This document shows positions 9,388 through 17,239 of a DNA stretch of 64,000 bases, piece by piece; the stretch's first letter is position 1, and each line of letters begins with the position of its first letter. Under the pieces are notes generated by a model that saw nothing but the letters and a program-made list of their open reading frames with translations, did not search any database and was not told the DNA's origin. The stretch is from the NCBI GenBank assembly GCA_035510535.1, contig DATKGY010000051.1:6882-70881 (forward strand), written 5' to 3'. Both the position numbers and the translations under genes were made by a program. This DNA comes from Patescibacteria group bacterium (lineage in GTDB: Bacteria > Patescibacteriota > Microgenomatia > Levybacterales > UBA12049).

Positions 9388-10685
9388 TGCATATGAGTGA
9401 AGGAAAAATAGTTGTAGGTATAGATATCGGAACTTCCAAAATCGTGACTCTGATTGCCAAAGTTGATGAAGATGTTAATGTTTTGGGCGTTTCCGAATCT
9501 ATGGCAAACGGAATCAGAAAAGGACAGATAGTTGACATTGATGAGGCAGTTTTGTCTATTAATAATTCTTTAGAGGCTGCGGAAAGAATGGCTGGATATT
9601 CGGCTTCGCACATCGTTGCTTCAATTGGCGGCAGTCACATTGAATCGCAAAATTCACGGGGAGTGGTGGCAGTTGCGCATCCCGAAGGGGAAATAACGCC
9701 AAATGATTTAACCCGTGTGATTGATGCGGCCAGAGCCGTTTCCCTGCCTTCCAGCCGCGAAATAATTCACGTTTTGCCTAGGAGTTACATTGTTGACGGA
9801 CAGGAAGGAATAAAAGACCCGATCGGCATGACCGGAGTCAGATTGGAAGTTGATACGCACATCATTTCCGCTAACAGCACCTCAATTAAAAATATGGAAA
9901 AAGCTTTCTCGGAAGTCGGCGTGGATTTAGATGCGGTGGTTTTTAGCGGTTATGCCAGTTCTTTAGCGGTGTTATCGGATACAGAAAAAGAGCTGGGTGT
10001 CGTCTTGGTTGACATCGGAGCGGGAACCACAGACCTGTCCATTTATATTGACGGATCGGTCGCTTACTCTTCGGTAATTCCAATCGGCGCCAGGCATATT
10101 ACCAACGACTTGGCGATTGGCCTAAGAATTTCTCTTGAATCGGCGGAAAAAATAAAACTTTTCCTTTCAAATCCTACTAAAAAACAATTCAAACTTGAAG
10201 AAGAGGAAGCAGAAGAAAAACCCGAAAAATCCTCAAGCGACGAAATAGATTTAAGTGGCTTGGCGTTAGCTGAGGAACTGCGAAAAGTTTCCAAAAAAAC
10301 TTTAGTTGATGGTATTATCCGGCCAAGACTAAACGAATTGTTCACTATGATTGGTATTGAAATAAAAAAGAGCGGATTCGGTGGTCAGACGCCATCGGGG
10401 GTAGTAATTACCGGTGGGGGAGCTAAAACAGTTGGTATAACCGATGCGGCGAAACGTACACTGGCGATGCCGGTAAGAGTCGCGATTCCTACCAATGTCA
10501 AAGGGATAATCGATGAAATTGGCGAACCGTCATTTGCAACAGTGATTGGCTTAGCAAAATACGGCGGGACAATTGAAATTGTCTCTTCACTGCCGTTTGG
10601 TTTTACTATGCCATCAATTCCTTTTAAATTAAACAGCAAAATCTTTACAAAAGCTCTAGCGTTTTTCAAATCCTTCCTGCCCTAA
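9387..10685 (+). CDS. ftsA: Cell division protein FtsA
   Basis: Actin-fold motifs VGIDIGTSKI and VDIGAGTTDLSIY. Lies directly upstream of ftsZ. Confidence 0.85.
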   Translation: MHMSEGKIVVGIDIGTSKIVTLIAKVDEDVNVLGVSESMANGIRKGQIVDIDEAVLSINNSLEAAERMAGYSASHIVASIGGSHIESQNSRGVVAVAHPEGEITPNDLTRVIDAARAVSLPSSREIIHVLPRSYIVDGQEGIKDPIGMTGVRLEVDTHIISANSTSIKNMEKAFSEVGVDLDAVVFSGYASSLAVLSDTEKELGVVLVDIGAGTTDLSIYIDGSVAYSSVIPIGARHITNDLAIGLRISLESAEKIKLFLSNPTKKQFKLEEEEAEEKPEKSSSDEIDLSGLALAEELRKVSKKTLVDGIIRPRLNELFTMIGIEIKKSGFGGQTPSGVVITGGGAKTVGITDAAKRTLAMPVRVAIPTNVKGIIDEIGEPSFATVIGLAKYGGTIEIVSSLPFGFTMPSIPFKLNSKIFTKALAFFKSFLP

Positions 10686-10737
10686 ATGTGACTTGCAAAA
10701 TCACTTTTTATTTGCTAGTATGCCCATATAATTCGTT

Positions 10738-11859
10738 ATGTTAATAAAACCGCAAACAACTAATTTTGCCAAAATAAGAGTGGCGGGAATTGGAGGCGGT
10801 GGAAGCAATGCTTTGAATTCTATGATTTCTCAAAGCACAATTGCAGGAGTAGATTTTATCGCCATTAATACCGATGCCCAGTCGCTTCTCTTAAACCAGG
10901 CAGCCACTAAAATGCAAATCGGTGAAGATTTAACTAAGGGTTTGGGTTCGGGCGGAAATCCGGAAATTGGAAAGCAAGCAGCAGAAGAATCTTACGAAAA
11001 AGTCAAAGAAATGTTGGAGGGGACAGACATGCTCTTCTTGGCCGCGGGATTGGGCGGGGGGACAGGTTCGGGGGCAACTCCTGTAATTGCCAAAGCGGCT
11101 AAAGAAGTCGGAGCGCTAACGGTTGCAGTAGTCACAAAACCATTTGCGTTTGAAGGCACAAGGAGAATGGTTACCGCAGAGGACGCGATAGAAGAAATAA
11201 AGGATAAAGTTGATACTTTAATTGTTATCCCCAACCAAAGAATACTAGATGTAGTTGATAAAAAATTGTCTCTTTTGGAAGCGTTTAAAGTTGCCGATTC
11301 GGTTTTAACGCAGGGCGTGCAGGGTATTTCGGATTTAATTACCCTGCCGGGTTTAATTAATGTTGATTTTGCCGACGTTAAAACAATTATGGCAAACGCG
11401 GGTTCGGCTTTGATGGGCATTGGTACTGGAGTTGGGGAAAACAGGGCCCAAGCCGCCGCCAGAGCCGCAGTCGCATCGCCTCTTTTGGAGATCTCTATGA
11501 ATGGAGCTAGAGGAGTTTTGTTCAACATTATCGGCGGACCCGATTTAACCATGAACGAGGTTGACGAAGCGGCAAAAATTATTGCCTCGGAAGCGGATCC
11601 GGACGCTAACATCATTTTTGGCGCCACGATTGACGAAACCATGCATGACCAGCTCAAGATCACAGTAATTGCCACCGGTTTTGATTCAACCAGGCAAACG
11701 CTAAAAGAATTCATGACACCAACTATTAACCGGGTAATGGAACAATCTCAATCATCAAGCCCAGTAAATAATATTGAACCGCCGGTACCAAGCGAACCGC
11801 CGGTTGAAGAAGAAGACGACACCTGGGACATTCCCGCTTTTTTGAGGCAAAAGAACTAA
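10738..11859 (+). CDS. ftsZ: Cell division GTPase FtsZ
   Basis: GIGGGGSNA and [12 protein letters not shown] tubulin signature. C-terminal conserved peptide [11 protein letters not shown]. Confidence 0.95.
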   Translation: MLIKPQTTNFAKIRVAGIGGGGSNALNSMISQSTIAGVDFIAINTDAQSLLLNQAATKMQIGEDLTKGLGSGGNPEIGKQAAEESYEKVKEMLEGTDMLFLAAGLGGGTGSGATPVIAKAAKEVGALTVAVVTKPFAFEGTRRMVTAEDAIEEIKDKVDTLIVIPNQRILDVVDKKLSLLEAFKVADSVLTQGVQGISDLITLPGLINVDFADVKTIMANAGSALMGIGTGVGENRAQAAARAAVASPLLEISMNGARGVLFNIIGGPDLTMNEVDEAAKIIASEADPDANIIFGATIDETMHDQLKITVIATGFDSTRQTLKEFMTPTINRVMEQSQSSSPVNNIEPPVPSEPPVEEEDDTWDIPAFLRQKN

Positions 11860-11884
11860 AACTCTAGCTTCATATTTTTAATAG

Positions 11885-11905
11885 AGCACCTTCGGGTGCT
11901 TTTTT
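11885..11905 (+). terminator. Rho-independent terminator after ftsZ
   Basis: agcacc-ttcg-ggtgct hairpin followed by a T5 run. Confidence 0.7.
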
Positions 11906-12035
11906 ATTACTTAAAAGTACTACGGGAGTAGGCATAAAGTTCGTTGATATTAATGGGATGTAGGGTTATATATATCAGTGAAGTTTAGGCATAAAAATAG
12001 TGGAATTTATCGGATTTTTATAGTATAATAAATTC

Positions 12036-12059
12036 AATAAATCCACTGTTTACTCCCCT
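12036..12059 (+). repeat. 24-nt direct repeat, copy 1 (aataaatccactgtttactcccct), in the integrase 5-prime leader
   Basis: Matches 13077-13100 at 23 of 24 positions. Its 3-prime part forms the hairpin tactccc/gggagta that contains the integrase SD. Confidence 0.8.
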
Positions 12060-12070
12060 AGAAAGGGAGT

Positions 12071-13081
12071 ATGAAAATAGACGAAAAAGATTTCCTCTCA
12101 TTTATCACAATTAAGAAGAATTTAGCTAATCAAAGCGTTAGGCATTGTAGAATACGCCTTAGAGTCATTGTTAAGTGGCTAGACGGCAGGGAATTGACTA
12201 AACAGCTTGTTGAACAGTTCTTCATGGAGTTAAAAAACAAAGGCCAAAGAAATAACTCTTTAAATACATATTATTTTGTCTTTAGACAAATACTTGATTA
12301 CTTCAGAGACAGGGGAATCCAAGTAGATTTCTTAGATGGTTTCTCGTCATTTAAAAAAGAGAAGCCGGATATAGTTATTCTATCCATAGAAGAAATAGAA
12401 AAATTAATTAACACCTCGCTTACATATGGAAAGCTGCAGGGGAAAGATTGTACATTTCTAAATATTAGATATGGAATATTAACCATGTTCATTGCGTATA
12501 CGGGTTGTAGATTCTCTGAGGCGTCAAAACTAAAAATCAAAAATCTAGATTTAAGCGAAGGAAAGGCAACGTTTATTGACACTAAAACAAACGAGAATAG
12601 AACAGTATATTTCACAGATCCTTTAATTACCAATTTAAAAGAGTTAATTCTAGGTAGGAAAATTGATGATTTAGTGTTCAGAAATTCTCAAGAGAATGAA
12701 ATAAATCCCCAAGACTTCTCAACAGATATAAAAAGACGAGCTAAAAAAGCGGGTATTATTAAGAGAATGTATCCACACGTTTTAAGGCATAGTTATATAA
12801 CGCACATGCTAGAAGCGGGCGTGCCAATTACTGAAGTTGCTACGCTTGTTGGACATAAAGACATTCAAACAACTTATTCAACCTATATGCATCTTGCGGA
12901 TCAAACATTAAGGAAAGCATCAATGAGAAATCCACTGATTATAAAAAATGTAAATCCGGTTGAAATATTGAAGTCAATTAGAGAAGCAATTGAAAATTTC
13001 CATGTTGATAATGATTCTAGGTTTTTCTATGATTTTAGGGATAAAGGAAATGAGATAGAGTTTAAGTTACTAGTTAAATAA
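12071..13081 (+). CDS. Tyrosine-type site-specific recombinase/integrase
   Basis: C-terminal catalytic region HVLRHSYITHMLEAG...LVGHKDIQTTYSTYMH (HxxR ... H ... Y). N-terminal SAM-like core-binding domain. Confidence 0.9.
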   Translation: MKIDEKDFLSFITIKKNLANQSVRHCRIRLRVIVKWLDGRELTKQLVEQFFMELKNKGQRNNSLNTYYFVFRQILDYFRDRGIQVDFLDGFSSFKKEKPDIVILSIEEIEKLINTSLTYGKLQGKDCTFLNIRYGILTMFIAYTGCRFSEASKLKIKNLDLSEGKATFIDTKTNENRTVYFTDPLITNLKELILGRKIDDLVFRNSQENEINPQDFSTDIKRRAKKAGIIKRMYPHVLRHSYITHMLEAGVPITEVATLVGHKDIQTTYSTYMHLADQTLRKASMRNPLIIKNVNPVEILKSIREAIENFHVDNDSRFFYDFRDKGNEIEFKLLVK

Positions 13082-13100
13082 ATCCATTGTTTACTCCCCT
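13077..13100 (+). repeat. 24-nt direct repeat, copy 2 (aataaatccattgtttactcccct), overlapping the integrase stop codon
   Basis: 23 of 24 identity to 12036-12059. Confidence 0.8.
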
Positions 13101-13105
13101 CGTTG

Positions 13106-13369
13106 CTATGAACTTTGTGTACCTCCTTCCATAAATGCTTTAAATACTTGTAATAGTTCGTGTTTGTTGCAATACCAACCATCGTTAAAGAAATTACAGA
13201 CGCAATCATGCACACATAACGCTTTGCCATATGACACTTTAAGATATGCCTTTTCAAAATCAACATGGCTAATGATTGAAGAAATTCTTCTTTTCTCTCC
13301 ACTAGAGGTATACATCTTCATCAGCCCGTTTTTAAAATACAGTTTCAATAATATTTTTGTCTTTTTCAT
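13106..13369 (-). CDS. Hypothetical small protein (87 aa)
   Basis: ORF only. It competes with an overlapping plus-strand ORF at 13164-13415. No recognisable motif. Confidence 0.25.
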   Translation of the reverse strand: MKKTKILLKLYFKNGLMKMYTSSGEKRRISSIISHVDFEKAYLKVSYGKALCVHDCVCNFFNDGWYCNKHELLQVFKAFMEGGTQSS

Positions 13370-13371
13370 AT

Positions 13372-13398
13372 TGTCCGATTTGTCCGATTTGTCAACTT
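13372..13398. repeat. Tandem 9-nt repeats tgtccgatt x2 plus a degenerate third (tgtcaactt)
   Basis: Read directly from the sequence. Intergenic. Confidence 0.7.
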
Positions 13399-13430
13399 TT
13401 ACTAACTATTCTTAAATTTCTTATATAAGA

Positions 13431-13470
13431 GTAAAAAACTTAGTTTTACTTAGTTTTTACTAGTTTTTAC
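13431..13470. repeat. Iteron-like array: one inverted plus three direct copies of tagttttTAC
   Basis: The sequence reads gtaaaaaact / tagttttact / tagtttttac / tagtttttac, contiguous and downstream of the minus-strand module. Confidence 0.7.
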
Positions 13471-13503
13471 ATGCTATGTAACATATATAACTAGAACATA
13501 TGT

Positions 13504-13785
13504 TTACTTATCTTCTAATAAGGATTCTTTAATTAGCTCTTCGTTATACTTATCGATTACCTGTGAACAGAGATCTGTCCAATCGTCTTTGGTATGGGTT
13601 TTGAAAAGGGGAATCCATGATTTTCCATTAAAATAACTTGGAGCAGTAACGAAGTCTTTTCCGGTTTTTTCATCTCGGAAGATTTTAAAGCCACGCAATT
13701 GATGGGTGTCAAAATCTATTGTTGCCCTTGCTTTAACTTTTGAATCGTTACTTGTTTTTGTAATATTAATATTAATTAGCTTCAT
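13504..13785 (-). CDS. SpoVG-like small nucleic-acid-binding protein (putative)
   Basis: 93 aa. VKARATIDFDTHQLRGFKIFRDEKTGKDFVTAPSY resembles the SpoVG core (A.A.I.D..F.V..I.V.....G.FV.MPS). Confidence 0.4.
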   Translation of the reverse strand: MKLININITKTSNDSKVKARATIDFDTHQLRGFKIFRDEKTGKDFVTAPSYFNGKSWIPLFKTHTKDDWTDLCSQVIDKYNEELIKESLLEDK

Positions 13786-13787
13786 GT

Positions 13788-14015
13788 TTATTCCTGATAT
13801 AGGCGACTCTTTACGTTCTTAATAGCTGAAAAATAATCTTGTGGGTTAACTTGAACTTTTCTTTTCCAATAAGCCTCAATCAGGCTTTCTAATTCTTTGC
13901 TTCTTTTGAAGAGAAATATTGTTTTGTTTGGATAAGTTTTATCTAAAGAGTCGATAGGAAAATAAAGATTTAAAAAAGCGGATAACGCTAGGTCTGATGT
14001 TTGATAGTGCTCCAT
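13788..14015 (-). CDS. DUF5659-like small protein
   Basis: 75 aa. The pattern SDLALSAFLNL...IFLFKRS...EAYW resembles the DUF5659 family common in CPR mobile elements. Assigned from memory, not from a search. Confidence 0.4.
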   Translation of the reverse strand: MEHYQTSDLALSAFLNLYFPIDSLDKTYPNKTIFLFKRSKELESLIEAYWKRKVQVNPQDYFSAIKNVKSRLYQE

Positions 14016-14102
14016 AATTAATAGAAGTATAAATTGTGCTGGTTAATAAAACATTCTGCTAAAGTATGGATTTTCGGAGAAAAACTAAGTTATTTGTCGA
14101 TA

Positions 14103-14909
14103 CTACAGGGGGTAGATTTGATTAAAATAGGCTTTTGTTTCATCCAATATTTTAGCGCATTCCATCCTAGTAGGAACATAGTCCTTGCCAAAATACGATG
14201 GGGTTTTGTCTATTAATGCATTGATTATTTCATCGATCTCTCCCCACGAATGTCTTTCTAGATCTTTCCATATGTAAATCTTTACGCCTAATGCAAATCT
14301 ATTAATATCAATTTTTTGAAGTTTTTTTCTTGGAAGATTTTTCAATACTGGTTCAATCTCTGGCTTCCAATGTTCTTTAAGGTATTGATAGACATTGTCA
14401 ATCTTAACGTCTTCAGATAAAACAATAGATGGATAATTATTCCTGTAATAAATACTGATACCTGCTTGCCACCATTCGATGTCGTCTTGTGTTGTAGCGT
14501 ACGATGGGGGGAAATGAAAAGAAATAGGTTCATAAGCGAAAGGTATAGGTAAAATATCTGTTAGAATTTTCATGCTAATAAACATCGACCATTCTTCGGA
14601 GATTTTATATTTTTGCAAAAAATTTCTCATAAGAGTCAACATCTTAGTAAAAGTTTTTTCGTCTACCTTTTTCCTTATATTTGTAAAAAAATTAGGATCG
14701 CTGCGGTCGTATGGAATTAGTTTGATTTCAAGGTCTTGTCTAATCTTGGAGAGTTCCTTAGATAGGGTTGGATGATAAGTTAAGATAAGGGCATAAGCAA
14801 ATATAGAAGGCTCAAGTGAATCTTCATGCCAATCAACAATCTCAAAAAGTTTTTTGTTAAAAATAAATGATTTTAAAATTTTTCCAATCTTCATATTAAT
14901 GCTGAGCAT
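14103..14909 (-). CDS. Hypothetical protein (268 aa), first gene of the minus-strand module
   Basis: Long ORF with host-like AT-rich codon usage and no motif recognised. The start could be the internal MKIGKIL. Confidence 0.5.
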   Translation of the reverse strand: MLSINMKIGKILKSFIFNKKLFEIVDWHEDSLEPSIFAYALILTYHPTLSKELSKIRQDLEIKLIPYDRSDPNFFTNIRKKVDEKTFTKMLTLMRNFLQKYKISEEWSMFISMKILTDILPIPFAYEPISFHFPPSYATTQDDIEWWQAGISIYYRNNYPSIVLSEDVKIDNVYQYLKEHWKPEIEPVLKNLPRKKLQKIDINRFALGVKIYIWKDLERHSWGEIDEIINALIDKTPSYFGKDYVPTRMECAKILDETKAYFNQIYPL

Positions 14910-14994
14910 ATTTTACTACTTCTTTTTTATACTGTCTATTTTGTTGAATTTAGTTGAGTTTTCCGAGACTTTAAAAAATAGAATAGTAAGCCTA

Positions 14995-15070
14995 TTGACG
15001 CAAATAATATTATTTACTAAGATTTATTTAGAGACCTTGCTTGGGCAAACCTGCGGGGTCTCTATTTTTT
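14995..15070 (+). promoter_or_regulatory. Candidate promoter (TTGACG-17-TAAGAT) followed at once by a strong hairpin plus T-run
   Basis: ttgacg 14995-15000 and taagat 15018-15023. Hairpin tagagacc 15029-15036 / ggtctcta 15057-15064, then T6 at 15065-15070. Confidence 0.4.
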
Positions 15071-15121
15071 GACTTCAATCAAGAATAAGAGTATAAAAAG
15101 TAAAGTAGTTATTTATTATTT

Positions 15122-15850
15122 GTGCCTAAATCAAAGAAGCATATAAAGAAAATAGATGAAGCTAAACCAGTAAATATTCTAGCGGATAAGCAATTGCTGG
15201 TGGTTATCGTAGTTGTATTAATAATATGTGTTCTGATTGGAATTAAGACAGTAAGTTCTTATGTATTAAGCTCTAATATAGCCCCAACTCCCACAATAGA
15301 TTTACCTATTCCAACTCCAACTCCGACTGATACTCCTACTCCAACTCCTGAAATCAAAATTACTAATGTTCCAATTGCAGATCCTGGTAGTAAAACAACA
15401 GATACTGCAGTTAGGCAAACTGGAAAATATACCTTCGAAGGAAACCTACCATGTGATGACAGAATGGGAGATGCATCAGAAATATATGCTGCACTTAATA
15501 ATTATAGGCAGGTTCATGGAGCAAGCTCTCTTGCATGGAATGATAAGCTAGCATCTGTAGCACAAATGAGAGTTGGTCAAATTACAGCAAATGGGGGGAG
15601 ATCAGATAGCCATGCTGGATTTATTACTTTTACAAACGATCAAAGCAACTATGCGAAAGTTGGATTTAGTGAATTAAGTGAAAATACGGGAGGAACTGGG
15701 AACTGTCCTTTGCTTGGAGTTCATGTCATTGAATGGTTATTTGCTAGAGATGCGCCACATAATAATGCCCAATTGGATAGATGGGATGCAGTAGGAATTG
15801 CTGAAGGTCAAAATAATGTTGTAGTGATTTTTGGAAGAAGCCCTTTGTAG
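15122..15850 (+). CDS. Membrane-anchored secreted CAP/SCP (PR-1-like) domain protein with a Pro/Thr linker
   Basis: GTG start. TM helix LLVVIVVVLIICVLIGI, linker PTPTIDLPIPTPTPTDTPTPTPE, then a CAP-like core (YRQVHGASSLAWNDKLASVAQ...HAG). Confidence 0.6.
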   Translation: MPKSKKHIKKIDEAKPVNILADKQLLVVIVVVLIICVLIGIKTVSSYVLSSNIAPTPTIDLPIPTPTPTDTPTPTPEIKITNVPIADPGSKTTDTAVRQTGKYTFEGNLPCDDRMGDASEIYAALNNYRQVHGASSLAWNDKLASVAQMRVGQITANGGRSDSHAGFITFTNDQSNYAKVGFSELSENTGGTGNCPLLGVHVIEWLFARDAPHNNAQLDRWDAVGIAEGQNNVVVIFGRSPL

Positions 15851-16018
15851 GGAATAACATAAATAAACGAAAAATATTATAAATTTTATATCCCAGAGTA
15901 AATCGCTTAGCCTCAAAACAATTTTAGGGTAGGGAGTTTAGCCTCAAATCTATGTCGTAATATAGATGTTGTGCGACATAGAGCATATTAATTATTTATG
16001 TGATATAATTTATTTAAT

Positions 16019-16912
16019 ATGCCAGGAAGAGGGAGACCAAGAAAAAATCCTATTCCTGCCCCACAAATTCAAGCTACCACACCGGTAGCTGCTACGGTTG
16101 TTGTTCAAGCACCACCAAAGAATGTTTTATTTTTTATTGACCAAACAGAAGCTGGTATCGGTAGAAGGGACATAGAGCTTGTTGAAAAAGTCTTAGATGG
16201 TAAATCGGGAGATTTATTATATCTAGTATTACAAACATACGGCGGTGATGTATATTCTGCCGTTAAAATTATGCGCATTCTGCAATTCAAATTTAAGGAG
16301 ATAAAAGTTATTATTCCTGATTTTGTTTACAGTTCTGGTACGATAATGGCATTAGGTGGAGATACGCTTTATTTCGATGTTGACGCATGCATTGGACCTT
16401 TGGATAAACCAATGGAGAATCCAAGAGATGGTTCTGATATCTCCTCACTGGATATTACAAATACTTTAACAAATATTGCTTCTACGATTGAGTCAATCGC
16501 AACTTCTTTTTATGGAAGCCTCAGGGTGGATAGCAAGATTAAGCTTTCTAAAATTGAAGCTGCAAAATTAGCTTATGAATCTGCTGTAAATATTGTTAAC
16601 CCAATTATAAATAAAATTGATCCGTACTTTTTACAAAGTGGATACAGGCAAACCCAAATCGGTTTAAGATACGCCGTAGATATGTTAGCTAGCAGAATGA
16701 AAAGGAATAATATTAAAGAGGCTGTCGATACCGCTCTTGATTTAGTTAATAAATACCCTGCTCATAGTTATGGCATTTATCGTGAAGAAGCAAAATATAG
16801 TTTAAATCTGGAAACAGAAAATTTAGAAACCCTAGCAGAATGGGGCACACTTAAAGTTAAGTTTGATACATTAAAGAAGTCTTCAAATGCAATTGAATTT
16901 ATGGTATTCTAA
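16019..16912 (+). CDS. SDH-family Clp-fold serine protease (S49/ClpP-like) with an N-terminal AT-hook
   Basis: LVLQTYGGDVYSAVKIMRIL...YSSGTIMALGGDTLYF...GPLD matches the serine-dehydrogenase-proteinase / SppA-ClpP fold pattern. The N-terminus GRGRPRKNP is an AT-hook motif. Confidence 0.6.
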   Translation: MPGRGRPRKNPIPAPQIQATTPVAATVVVQAPPKNVLFFIDQTEAGIGRRDIELVEKVLDGKSGDLLYLVLQTYGGDVYSAVKIMRILQFKFKEIKVIIPDFVYSSGTIMALGGDTLYFDVDACIGPLDKPMENPRDGSDISSLDITNTLTNIASTIESIATSFYGSLRVDSKIKLSKIEAAKLAYESAVNIVNPIINKIDPYFLQSGYRQTQIGLRYAVDMLASRMKRNNIKEAVDTALDLVNKYPAHSYGIYREEAKYSLNLETENLETLAEWGTLKVKFDTLKKSSNAIEFMVF

Positions 16913-17139
16913 TTACATGTTGAGTGGATATTTATATTTTAGCGATACTAACAAAAGGGATATTAAAACTGAGCCTAATAATATAAAAGTTACTGATATT
17001 TTAGAAGGCGGTCGAGAGATATTTTCTGATTGGATTGAAAAGGAAGCAACTAAAGTATTAGAGGCCAGGAAATCCTCCAAAGTTGAAAAGAGAAAATAAT
17101 CTACACTTGTTTTTCCAACATAAAAAGTCTATATTATCC

Positions 17140-17221
17140 TTAGGTGTTTTTAGTAGGAATTGAAGCTAGAAACAAGGGATGTCTTGGATAATCCCGCATG
17201 GCCTTGACAGATATCATTTAA
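17140..17221 (+). repeat. Decayed ftsZ-tail scar unit (copy D)
   Basis: About 60-65% identical by hand alignment over about 80 nt to the unit at 18391-18469. The tail part gat aat ccc gca tgg cct tga is a degraded DIPAF... sequence. Confidence 0.55.
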
Positions 17222-17239
17222 CTTTGCCATTATAAATAT

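Larger units (their letters stand above)
11860..17221 (+). mobile_element. Putative integrative element inserted at the ftsZ 3-prime end (integrase, SpoVG-like, DUF5659-like, cargo genes)
   Basis: Begins right after the live ftsZ tail and ends at a decayed copy of the same tail at 17187-17221. Carries a tyrosine recombinase and iteron-like repeats. Confidence 0.5.

Noticed and set aside
10992-11714. A 240-aa ORF antisense to ftsZ.
   Set aside because: It lies entirely within the unambiguous ftsZ coding region. Its composition is Ser/Ala/Pro-rich and low in complexity, as expected for the antisense of a Gly/Ala-rich gene.
13164-13415. An 83-aa plus-strand ORF downstream of the integrase.
   Set aside because: It overlaps the minus-strand 87-aa ORF and has no distinguishing signals. 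Only one of the two can be real, and possibly neither is.
13431-13470. Possible CRISPR array.
   Set aside because: The repeats are 10 nt long and contiguous, with no spacers. No array with 25-40-nt repeats and unique spacers was seen anywhere in the window, and there are no cas genes.
16887-17099. A 70-aa ORF overlapping the end of the protease gene.
   Set aside because: It has no SD and no motif, and its plausible internal start at 16917 is unsupported. I left it uncalled.
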